From assembly GCF_000009705.1 (NCBI RefSeq), contig NC_003267.1, positions 60,001 to 92,000 on the forward strand: 32,000 bases of DNA, in the 5' to 3' direction. The notes beneath the pieces were generated by a model, which saw nothing but the letters and a program-made list of their open reading frames with translations, was not told the origin of the DNA and searched no databases. Shown here one piece after another: positions 24,116 through 32,000 of this stretch (its first letter is position 1; every line of letters starts with the position of its first letter). This DNA is from Nostoc sp. PCC 7120 = FACHB-418. Its GTDB lineage: Bacteria > Cyanobacteriota > Cyanobacteriia > Cyanobacteriales > Nostocaceae. The translations under genes and the position numbers were made by a program.

Positions 24116-25177
24116 ATGAATTTGGATTTATTAGGCTGGAGTGACTTTTTTACTCACAGTTTCGTACCCTATCGCCAACAAGGATTTAGCGTTGGTAGAG
24201 TTGCTATTGAATACAGAAATACTTACATCGTCTATAGCAAACAAGGCGAACTAGCAGCAAAAGTTACAGGGAAACTGCGACATCAAGCTACTCAACCACA
24301 AGACTTTCCCGCAGTTGGAGACTGGGTAATCATTCAGACGCGAGAGTCAGAAGGATGTGCTACCATTCACGGAATTTTGCCCAGAAAAAGTAAGTTTTCA
24401 CGGAAAACAGTTGGTAGTAAAACCGAAGAACAAATTGTTGCAGCTAATGTTGACACCGTGTTCTTGGTTTGTGGACTTGATGGCGACTTTAACCCTAGAA
24501 GAATAGAACGCTATCTAATTTTGGCTTGGGAAAGTGGGGCAAATCCAGTCATCGTTTTAAATAAAGCTGACCTGTGCAACTCTTTAGATGAGTGTATATC
24601 TGAAGTGGAAGCTGTTGCCATTGGTGTACCAATTCTAGTATTAAGTGCTACCAACAATCAAGGAATAGATACTTTGAAAGCATACCTCCAACCAGGACAA
24701 ACAGTTGCTTTGTTAGGGTCTTCTGGTGTGGGTAAATCTACAATCACTAACCAACTCAAAGGTGCATCAGTGCAAGCTGTGCAACCAGTGCGCCAAGGTG
24801 ATGACCGAGGTAGACACACCACTACAAATCGAGAATTGATATTACTGCCAACAGGCGGTTTAATTGTTGATACCCCAGGAATGCGAGAAATTCAAATTTG
24901 GGCAGGTGATGAAAGTTTGCAAGAAACTTTTGCTGACATCGAAACCTTAGCCCCAGAATGTCGCTTTCGCAATTGCCAGCACCACAACGAACCCGGTTGT
25001 GCAGTGCAACAAGCATTACTTGAGGGTGAACTTGATTATTCCAGATTTCTGGGCTACCAAAAATTGCAAAAAGAACTTAACTATCTTGTCCGCAAACAAG
25101 AACAAAGGGCGCAATTAGCCCAGAAAGAACGCTGGAAGAAAATTCATAAAGCCATGCGAAATCATCACCAGTATTAA
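24116..25177 (+). CDS. rsgA: ribosome small-subunit-dependent GTPase A (RsgA/YjeQ)
   Basis: Circularly permuted GTPase order: NKADL, then [10 protein letters not shown], then RGRHTTT, then DTPGMRE. The C-terminal zinc knuckle is [16 protein letters not shown]. Confidence 0.9.
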
Positions 25178-25677
25178 CATCTGATCAGCTTTAATAACCC
25201 TGACTTCTTCAAGAAGTCGAGGTTCTAACCACTCTCATTTGACAACTGCCTACAGGCAATTTTTTTGAATCTCTGTATTGTTAGAGTGATATCCTCCTTT
25301 CACAGCAATACTTTCAGAGATTACGTGGCGGCTCATATCAGGCTCTCTACTTTCACCCCAACTTGTTTGAAAGCATAAGGTAAGTCAATTGCTCATCTTA
25401 TGCTTTGAGTCATAACAGCAGCGATCACGCCTGAGAAGACAAAATAAGACATTATTGGCTGGTTTACCCACTGCTGTTACTATATTGCACCCAACTGAGA
25501 ACCGCTATATTAGTAATTTACTGCGATCACCTATTCAAAATTTAGGCGCGAAGCTCCACAAAGTCAAACTCATCGAAAGTCCAAATAACTCTTGTGAAAT
25601 TTACTGCACAGATACAGAATCAAATGCTGTTAGTGCAGTTCAAAATCAACCAGTATTAGCAAGAATTTAAAACTTGT

Positions 25678-25701
25678 AGAGACGCAAAATTTTGCGTCTC
25701 T
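25678..25701 (-). terminator. Palindromic hairpin agagacgcaaaa/ttttgcgtctct, 20 nt past the adhesin stop; likely intrinsic (possibly bidirectional) terminator
   Basis: Perfect 24-nt palindrome. On the - strand it is followed by acaagttttaaatt. Confidence 0.55.
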
Positions 25702-25721
25702 CTGGTTTGAAAAATTAGGGA

Positions 25722-28700
25722 TTAGGGAGCAATAAAGACTTCACCGTCTTGGGTATTAGTTATCTGATTATCATTACTGATGGTTACATTAACACTACCA
25801 GAGCTAAAAATGGTAATACTAATACCATATCCCTGAATTTGATCAATTACATTGTTGGATAGTTCTACTGTTGAACCAGCAGCATCAAAAATTTCAAAGT
25901 TAATACCGTCAGTGAAATTGGCATCTCCAGCATCAGTATCCCTGATATTGCTAATTATGTTAGTAGCGATTTGGAAAGTAGCTGTACTAGTGCCATTGAG
26001 TTGGAAATTCATACCATCGCCATTGGTGATAGTATTGATAGTATTTCCAGCAGCAGTCACATTACCAGCCACCACATTATCAAAAGCTTGGAGGTTAATA
26101 CCTGATGATGTGATATCAGCATCTACCCCTGTAATTTGATTATTGTTGAGGCTAACACTGGTTAAGTTAGTATTTGCTCCTAACTGTACATCCATAGCAG
26201 TACCATTATTACTGATGGTGTTGTCATTAATTTGCAATGTGCCGATTGTATCAGATAAACTTACACGAATATCATTAAAGTTCTCCGTCAGTTGATTGCT
26301 ATTGACAGTTAAATTTGTTGTGCTTGAAGTGTTAGCGATCGCAATTCCATTATGATTGTTATTGCCATTAGCGATATTCTGGCTAACGCTGACTGTACCC
26401 GTCACTTCCGATAAGCTAATGCTTTCTTGTTGAGCATCAGTAATGGTATTGCTATCAACATTGATAGTCCCATTAGCATTTTCTACTTGAATACCTTGCT
26501 CACCTGCATTTGTAATGTTGTTATTAATAACTTGGGCATTATTGACACCGTTTAAATTGATGCCATCTCGAAAAGAATTACTAATGGTGTTCTGATCAAC
26601 AGTTACAATGATTGTATTATCTGGAGTTTTGTTGAAAGCATTAATGCCAGTTCCTTGAATATCAGAGATATTATTTCTGGCAATATTTACAGTTGTATTG
26701 ATATTAGTGTTGGAGTCAAAGTTATCAAAGAATTGTAAATCAATACCATTTCCTTCTGTAGTGATTTGAGAAATAGTATTATCTGTAATATCAATACTCC
26801 CAGCATTATCACCACCAGCAAACTGCATATAAATACCATTACCCACAGGAACTTGGGAAATGTTGTTATTGGCAACTGTAATCTCAGCTTTGGCATTATC
26901 AAATACTTCTACATTGATGCCTTCAGTAAAGTTGAAGTCTCCAGGATCAGTATCTTGAATATTGCTAATTGTGTTACCTGCAATATTGAATGTAGCTGTA
27001 CTGCTCCCATTGAGTTGGAAGTTCGTTCCATCCCCATTTGTCATATTGCTGATAGTATTATCGGAAACTTCAAAATCACCAATAGCAGCATTATCATAAG
27101 CCTGGAGATTGATACCTTGAGATGTAGTTGATGTAGCTGTACCTGTAATTTGGTTATTGTTAATAGTGGCGTTGGTGAGGTTGGTATTTTCTCCTAACTG
27201 CAAATCTATAGCAGTACCAGAATTCTCAATGATATTATTATTAATCTCGACTGTACCAGTCGTATTAGATAAACTCACACGAATGTCATTAAAGTTTTCT
27301 GTTAGTGTATTGCCATTGACTAAGAGATTGCTTTCACCTTGAATATTAGTAATTGTAATGCCATTATGATTGTTATTGCCATTAACAATATTCTGGCTAA
27401 CGCTGACTGTACCCGTCACTTCCGATAAGCTAATGCTTTCTTGTTGAGCATCAGTAATGGTATTGCTATCAACATTGATAGTCCCATTAGCATTTTCTAC
27501 TTGAATACCTTGCTCACCTGCATTTGTAATGTTGTTATTAATAACTTGGGCATTATTGACACCGTTTAAATTGATGCCATCTCCAGAAGAATTACTAATG
27601 GTGTTCTGATCAACAGTTACAATGATTGTATTATCTGGAGTTTCGTTGAAAGCATTAATGCCAGTTCCTTGAATATCAGAGATATTATTTCTGGCAATAT
27701 TTACAGTTGTATTGATATTAGTGTTGGAGTCAAAGTTATCAAAGAATTGTAAATCAATACCATTTCCTTCTGTAGTGATTTGAGAAATAGTATTATCTGT
27801 AATATCAATACTCCCAGCATTATCACCACCAGCAAACTGCATATAAATACCATTACCCACAGGAACTTGGGAAATGTTGTTATTGGCAACTGTAATCTCA
27901 GCTTTGGCATTATCAAATACTTCTACATTGATGCCTTCAGTAAAGTTGAAGTCTCCAGGATCAGTATCTTGAATATTGCTAATTGTGTTACCTGCAATAT
28001 TGAATGTAGCTGTACTGCTCCCATTGAGTTGGAAGTTCGTTCCATCCCCATTTGTCATATTGCTGATAGTATTATCGGAAACTTCAAAATCACCAATAGC
28101 AGCATTATCATAAGCCTGGAGATGGATACCTTGAGATGTAGTTGATGTAGCTGTACCTGTAATTTGGTTATTGTTAATAGTGGCGTTGGTGAGGTTGGTA
28201 TTTTCTACTAACTGCAAATCTATAGCTGTGCCATGATTGCTAATGATATTGTTGTTAATTTGTAACGTACCAGTGGTAGTAGATAAATCTACTCGAATAT
28301 CATTGAAGTTTTCCGACAAATTATTATTGGCAATTGTCAGATTTATATCACCTGTAGTATTAGCGATATCAATGCCTGTACTATTATTGCTACCATTAAT
28401 AGTGTTTTGATTAATAGTAGTTGTGCCTGTAACTTCGGTTAATTTTATAGCTTCTTGGTTATTATCAGTTAAGGTGTTATCACTAATATTTATCGTGCCA
28501 GTAGAGTTTTCTATGAAAATACCTCGATTACCTGAATTAGTAATACTATTGTTAGTAATTGTAGGTGAAATTACTTGAGATAGCTGTATGCCGTCTCCAG
28601 TTGTATTACTGATGGTATTATTAGTAATACTGCTTGTATCACTGACATTTGTGAGCAAGATGCCTGTACCAGTGATATTGTTGATCAAATTATTAGTAAT

Positions 28701-30185
28701 TTCAGTAGTGCTGACTTGAGATAGATTGATTGCATTACCAACAACATTGTTAATAGTATTGCTGTGAATGATGGTTGTTCCAGCAATATTTTCTAGATAA
28801 ATACCTTCTCCAAAAGGATTACTAATCTTATTATTGTCAATGATGACATTGCTAATATTAATACCCTGTATACCTCTTGCGCCCTCATTACCAGCAACTT
28901 GCAGATTAAATCCAGAAATCACGGAATTATTACCCAAAGTAATCAGTCCGTTTCCACTATTAACAGTTCCAGTAATTGTTGGATGTATCCCGCTACCGGA
29001 TAAAGGTAAAGTGACGATACCTAAACCCTTGACGTTAACTACTTGTACAGGGCTACTAGAGAATACGCGTACATCATTGGGAATTGTAAATGGTGGAAAG
29101 ACAGTATTTTCATCAGAACGGACATAAATTACATTGTCTGCTTTAGCTACCGCCAAAGCTTGAGCAATTGAGCCATAAGGTGATTCAAACGTACCGTTAC
29201 CAGTACCACCAGGAGCTACGTGAATAATGATTAATTGCTCACTATTATCAGTATTATTTGTAGGAGTATCAATACTATTCGTAGAACCTTCCTCCTCTGG
29301 TTCAACCATTGCTGCAAAAACATCCGTTCTATTTTCCACAGCAACTAGGATGGTAGCTTGATTGTCTACTGATTGCGCCATTCGTGTTAAAGCACTATTT
29401 TTAGATGGCTTACCTCTTCTTGCACCGCTACCAGGGAAATTAGCACCGATACTAAAAACTAGTCTCGTGTCAAATAAGTCATCATTTTGCAGAGACAGAC
29501 TGAAACCCAAAAAATCATTAGGACGAGCTTCTATTCTAGTTTTCCAGCCAAACGCCTCCCGTGATTCTCCGCCAGAGTAGTAGTACACGCCTGCATAACC
29601 CCGCAAGTCTCCACTACCCAGACTAGCTAGTCGTGTTCCAACTTCCGCATCGACACCGGACATAGCCACTTCTAAAAAGCGCGATCGCTGTACCATTAAG
29701 GAATCACCCTGAAAAAATGGCAGATTCGCCTGTTCAACTTGGTTTTCTGAACCATTCAAAGGAAGATAGGCGTTAAAACGAAAATCCCAAACACCTAAAG
29801 TTTCAAAACCCAATCCTAATTGATCAAAATTACTCTTTCCAGTATCACGAGTAGAGTAAGAGATATAACCACCAATGACACGATTAGCTTCTTCACTAAA
29901 AATTCGATGTCCTAATAAGATATTGGTAGCTAAATTTGAGTCATTGTCTAATAAAAGTTTGCCCTGTAGAAAAGTTAGACTATTTCCTGGTATTTGCAAA
30001 ACAGGCAAAAATCCCTCAAAACTACTAAAAGATTCATATCCTGCACCTTCAGTGGTGTAGCGTACTCCCACACGGGGTGTAAACACTTGTGCTGTCGTTG
30101 ATGCGGGTGTTTGAGCAGATACTGTAGAAGCAGAAACCAACACCCCTAAGAAAGCTATGTAGCCTAAATATTGCAGATTATTCAT
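25722..30185 (-). CDS. inverse-autotransporter-type outer-membrane protein with a right-handed parallel beta-helix (PbH1) repeat passenger; putative adhesin
   Basis: Signal peptide MNNLQYLGYIAFLGVLVSASTVSAQ (ATG at 30185 preferred to the track TTG at 30215). A beta-barrel region (GLGFETLGVWDFRFNAYLPL, GVDAEVGTRL, LRGYAGVYYYSG) resembles intimin/invasin beta-domains. About 1150 aa of N-x-I-S/T-N-x-x-G-x-G-I repeats follow. Confidence 0.75.
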   Translation of the reverse strand: MNNLQYLGYIAFLGVLVSASTVSAQTPASTTAQVFTPRVGVRYTTEGAGYESFSSFEGFLPVLQIPGNSLTFLQGKLLLDNDSNLATNILLGHRIFSEEANRVIGGYISYSTRDTGKSNFDQLGLGFETLGVWDFRFNAYLPLNGSENQVEQANLPFFQGDSLMVQRSRFLEVAMSGVDAEVGTRLASLGSGDLRGYAGVYYYSGGESREAFGWKTRIEARPNDFLGFSLSLQNDDLFDTRLVFSIGANFPGSGARRGKPSKNSALTRMAQSVDNQATILVAVENRTDVFAAMVEPEEEGSTNSIDTPTNNTDNSEQLIIIHVAPGGTGNGTFESPYGSIAQALAVAKADNVIYVRSDENTVFPPFTIPNDVRVFSSSPVQVVNVKGLGIVTLPLSGSGIHPTITGTVNSGNGLITLGNNSVISGFNLQVAGNEGARGIQGINISNVIIDNNKISNPFGEGIYLENIAGTTIIHSNTINNVVGNAINLSQVSTTEITNNLINNITGTGILLTNVSDTSSITNNTISNTTGDGIQLSQVISPTITNNSITNSGNRGIFIENSTGTINISDNTLTDNNQEAIKLTEVTGTTTINQNTINGSNNSTGIDIANTTGDINLTIANNNLSENFNDIRVDLSTTTGTLQINNNIISNHGTAIDLQLVENTNLTNATINNNQITGTATSTTSQGIHLQAYDNAAIGDFEVSDNTISNMTNGDGTNFQLNGSSTATFNIAGNTISNIQDTDPGDFNFTEGINVEVFDNAKAEITVANNNISQVPVGNGIYMQFAGGDNAGSIDITDNTISQITTEGNGIDLQFFDNFDSNTNINTTVNIARNNISDIQGTGINAFNETPDNTIIVTVDQNTISNSSGDGINLNGVNNAQVINNNITNAGEQGIQVENANGTINVDSNTITDAQQESISLSEVTGTVSVSQNIVNGNNNHNGITITNIQGESNLLVNGNTLTENFNDIRVSLSNTTGTVEINNNIIENSGTAIDLQLGENTNLTNATINNNQITGTATSTTSQGINLQAYDNAAIGDFEVSDNTISNMTNGDGTNFQLNGSSTATFNIAGNTISNIQDTDPGDFNFTEGINVEVFDNAKAEITVANNNISQVPVGNGIYMQFAGGDNAGSIDITDNTISQITTEGNGIDLQFFDNFDSNTNINTTVNIARNNISDIQGTGINAFNKTPDNTIIVTVDQNTISNSFRDGINLNGVNNAQVINNNITNAGEQGIQVENANGTINVDSNTITDAQQESISLSEVTGTVSVSQNIANGNNNHNGIAIANTSSTTNLTVNSNQLTENFNDIRVSLSDTIGTLQINDNTISNNGTAMDVQLGANTNLTSVSLNNNQITGVDADITSSGINLQAFDNVVAGNVTAAGNTINTITNGDGMNFQLNGTSTATFQIATNIISNIRDTDAGDANFTDGINFEIFDAAGSTVELSNNVIDQIQGYGISITIFSSGSVNVTISNDNQITNTQDGEVFIAP
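26347..28229 (-). repeat. Near-perfect 1014-bp (338-aa) tandem duplication inside the adhesin gene (about 1.86 units; a third, diverged unit flanks it)
   Basis: 26347-27215 equals 27361-28229 apart from a handful of substitutions (for example tctcgaaaag vs tctccagaag, gattgatacc vs gatggatacc). The track shows identical antisense ORFs offset by exactly 1014 bp (26687/27701 and 26766/27780). Confidence 0.9.
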
Positions 30186-30240
30186 TAGTAAACCCTGGTA
30201 AATCAATGAAGCCAAAAGTCGGAAGTTAGACTTTTTATGG

Positions 30241-30292
30241 TGATTAAAAAAAATAAAAAACTAACCTAGAGACGTTGCAGTGCAACGTCTCT
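30241..30292 (-). terminator. Intrinsic terminator of the phoX-like gene
   Basis: Hairpin agagacgttgca-g-tgcaacgtctct (30268-30292), 14 nt after the stop. On the - strand it is followed by aggttagttttttatttttttt. Confidence 0.75.
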
Positions 30293-30305
30293 CAAAACCC
30301 AAAAA

Positions 30306-32000
30306 TTAAACAAACCTACTGGTAGAATTTTTACGGCGAATCCCAATTACGCAAGGACGAGGAACACCTGTAGATTGTCCTAGTCCACCGTCGGCTGTGG
30401 GCATATTACTAGGCCAGCTACTACCACGCGGTACAGTGCGAGTCTGATTAAATGTAGTGCCGTTCAAATCCAACATTTCAATGCTGCGACTGAGTATCGT
30501 ACCATCGTTAATCGGGCAATCTTCCCCTGGGTGCTGCACAGAAACAATCAGAGTATCACCCAAAAAAGTTGGGCCTGTGATTTCACAACGAACTGGCCCA
30601 TAGCCAAAAGGTATGACTTTTCCAGCATCAGCCCCACTAGTAGGAATGTAAAATAGCCAGTTATTACCAAACACACCCGTAAAGTTGGAAACATTACCCG
30701 CAGCACTATGATTAATGGTGTTTTGATTACCAGACGCACCAACATTAAAACCGTTGTGGGTGCTGGTGGACATATCAGTTACACCCCAAACGTTACCTTG
30801 GTTGTCAAAAGCCAAGTTATCAACGTTAGCAAAACCCGCACCACCAATTGAACCAGCTTCCCCACCTTGAGCGAATTTTTGCCATGTAAAGGTTGTACCT
30901 GTACCATCGGCACTACCTTCAATAATTTTGTATAATCCGCCTGATTGTTGGGTAGCGTTGACATTACCGCTTAATTTGGCAACTTGGAAAATACGGGAAT
31001 CGGGATAACCATCACTACCAGGTGCGCCATCAGTATAGGCAATGAATACTTCTTTAGTTGTGGGGTGAACTTCGATGTCTTCAGGACGGGCGGTGGGAGT
31101 TCCCCCAACTAGATTAGCTGCGAGAAAGGCATCACAGAGAATAGCACCTTGGGAGGTGTAAAAATTCTGTAATGTCTTGTTCTGATAACCTGGAAGTGCA
31201 GTAGCTTCGTTGGTACGTGTACAGCTAAATGTACCACCATCAGTAGTTTGCCCAGCGATACCGTTACGTCTAGGTAAGGGTAAAAGACCGTTTCTTTGGG
31301 CTGAACCTAAAGCGGCAAATTCCACGGAGGAAAGGGTGGTGGGAGGAATAGGATTAGTAGGAGTAGTTAATAGTAGAGGTATCCATTCCCCTGTGCCATC
31401 TGGGTTGTATTTGGCAACGTAGAGAGTACCGTTTTCAAATAAAGCGCTATTGGTTTTACTGCTGATTGTGCCAACATTACCATTGCTGACAAATTTCCAG
31501 GTGTGTCCACCGCGTCTATCATCACCCAGGTAAGCAACTAATTTTTTACCTGCTTCTACCCGCATGGCAATGTTTTCATGACGATAACGACCTAACCAAG
31601 TATGCTTTTTAGGACGAAAATTAGGATTTACGGGGTCAATTTCTACCATCCAGCCGTATTTTTCGCCAACTAAACCGAAGGTTGTGCCTGTGGTTCCTGC
31701 TGTATAACCGACTTGTGTCCCATCTGGTTTAACGGCTTCTGTTACACCCATAAAAAATGGGCCACCGCCTTGAAAGTTTTCTTCCGCCGATAAGATAGTT
31801 CCCCAAGGGGTTGTACCACCAGAGCAGTTATAAGCAGTACCAATGATTTTGTTACCCAGTCCATCAGAACTGAGGTTAAATACTTGTGTAGCGGCTGGGC
31901 CAGTACCTTCTAAATAGTTTTGGTCGCCTTGTTGATAACTTCGTCCACCCCAAGCCGTGATACTCTGATATCCATCACTTCTTTGACTGTTGATGCCTAA
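30306..32000 (-). CDS. phoX: PhoX-family (DUF839 beta-propeller) alkaline phosphatase, partial (5' end outside the window)
   Basis: The frame is open from 31751 to the window edge (...NCSGGTTPWGTILSAEENFQGGGPFFMGV...). Motifs are NCxGGxTPWGT.L..EEN, VDNLAFDNQGNVWGVTD and IVSVQHPGE. The track ATG at 31751 is internal. Confidence 0.8.
   Translation of the reverse strand, partial: LGINSQRSDGYQSITAWGGRSYQQGDQNYLEGTGPAATQVFNLSSDGLGNKIIGTAYNCSGGTTPWGTILSAEENFQGGGPFFMGVTEAVKPDGTQVGYTAGTTGTTFGLVGEKYGWMVEIDPVNPNFRPKKHTWLGRYRHENIAMRVEAGKKLVAYLGDDRRGGHTWKFVSNGNVGTISSKTNSALFENGTLYVAKYNPDGTGEWIPLLLTTPTNPIPPTTLSSVEFAALGSAQRNGLLPLPRRNGIAGQTTDGGTFSCTRTNEATALPGYQNKTLQNFYTSQGAILCDAFLAANLVGGTPTARPEDIEVHPTTKEVFIAYTDGAPGSDGYPDSRIFQVAKLSGNVNATQQSGGLYKIIEGSADGTGTTFTWQKFAQGGEAGSIGGAGFANVDNLAFDNQGNVWGVTDMSTSTHNGFNVGASGNQNTINHSAAGNVSNFTGVFGNNWLFYIPTSGADAGKVIPFGYGPVRCEITGPTFLGDTLIVSVQHPGEDCPINDGTILSRSIEMLDLNGTTFNQTRTVPRGSSWPSNMPTADGGLGQSTGVPRPCVIGIRRKNSTSRFV

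Noticed and set aside
25202-25218. Hairpin gacttctt-c-aagaagtc 25 nt after the rsgA stop, as an intrinsic terminator
   Set aside because: It has an 8-bp stem but no following U-tract (gaggttctaacc). It may still be a processing or stability element, but it is not called as a terminator.
25455-25670. Track ORF 25455..25670 (71 aa, + strand) between rsgA and the adhesin gene
   Set aside because: It has a TTG start, no Shine-Dalgarno sequence and no motif. A terminator-like palindrome does follow it, so a small protein cannot be excluded, but the evidence is insufficient.
25852-29580. Multiple antisense track ORFs within the adhesin gene (for example 26687..26902 and 27701..27916; 26766..27131 and 27780..28145; 28834..29127)
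   Set aside because: They are antisense to a 1497-aa frame with clear repeat structure. The duplicated pairs simply mirror the 1014-bp tandem duplication.

Overview
The window looks like a mosaic accessory region from a filamentous (Nostocales-like) cyanobacterium. The taxonomic call rests on at least 9 copies of the HIP1 palindrome GCGATCGC, G-rich octamer hairpin repeats, AGTCAGG-type repeats and AT-rich intergenic DNA.

Layout, left to right:
- 1-5.2 kb: a + strand module of unknown genes. It contains a membrane-anchored FtsK/HerA-type P-loop ATPase, followed immediately by a dense array of YACGGCA motifs.
- 5.5-10.4 kb (- strand): a very large NLR-like STAND NTPase. It has an N-terminal helical module, an NB-ARC domain with P-loop, Walker B, GLPL and MHD motifs, and 28 near-identical 31-32-aa helical repeats. 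A single in-frame TGA interrupts it ahead of the P-loop.
- 11-12.4 kb: an ISAs1-family transposase inactivated by one in-frame TAA.
- 12.6-15 kb: a GNAT acetyltransferase and a GHL10-like hydrolase.
- 15.1-18.5 kb: an IS200/IS605 element (tnpA plus tnpB). Its tnpB is split by a nested IS630/ISAzo13-like IS, and the composite has truncated a LysR gene.
- 18.8-20.2 kb: a DJ-1/PfpI and F420-reductase-like gene pair.
- 20.2-23.5 kb: an SF2 DEAH helicase with a zinc ribbon, and a PD-(D/E)xK (HsdR-N-like) nuclease gene.
- 24.1-32 kb: apparently core genes, namely rsgA, a 1.49-kaa inverse-autotransporter/beta-helix adhesin with a near-perfect 1014-bp tandem duplication, and a partial phoX-like gene.

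A 91-99 bp direct repeat pair (5289 and 23694) brackets the 18.4-kb accessory block.

The best candidates for something undescribed are the recoded or pseudogenised NLR-like gene and the FtsK-like ATPase with its motif array. All functional calls come from motif recognition by eye; no database search was run.
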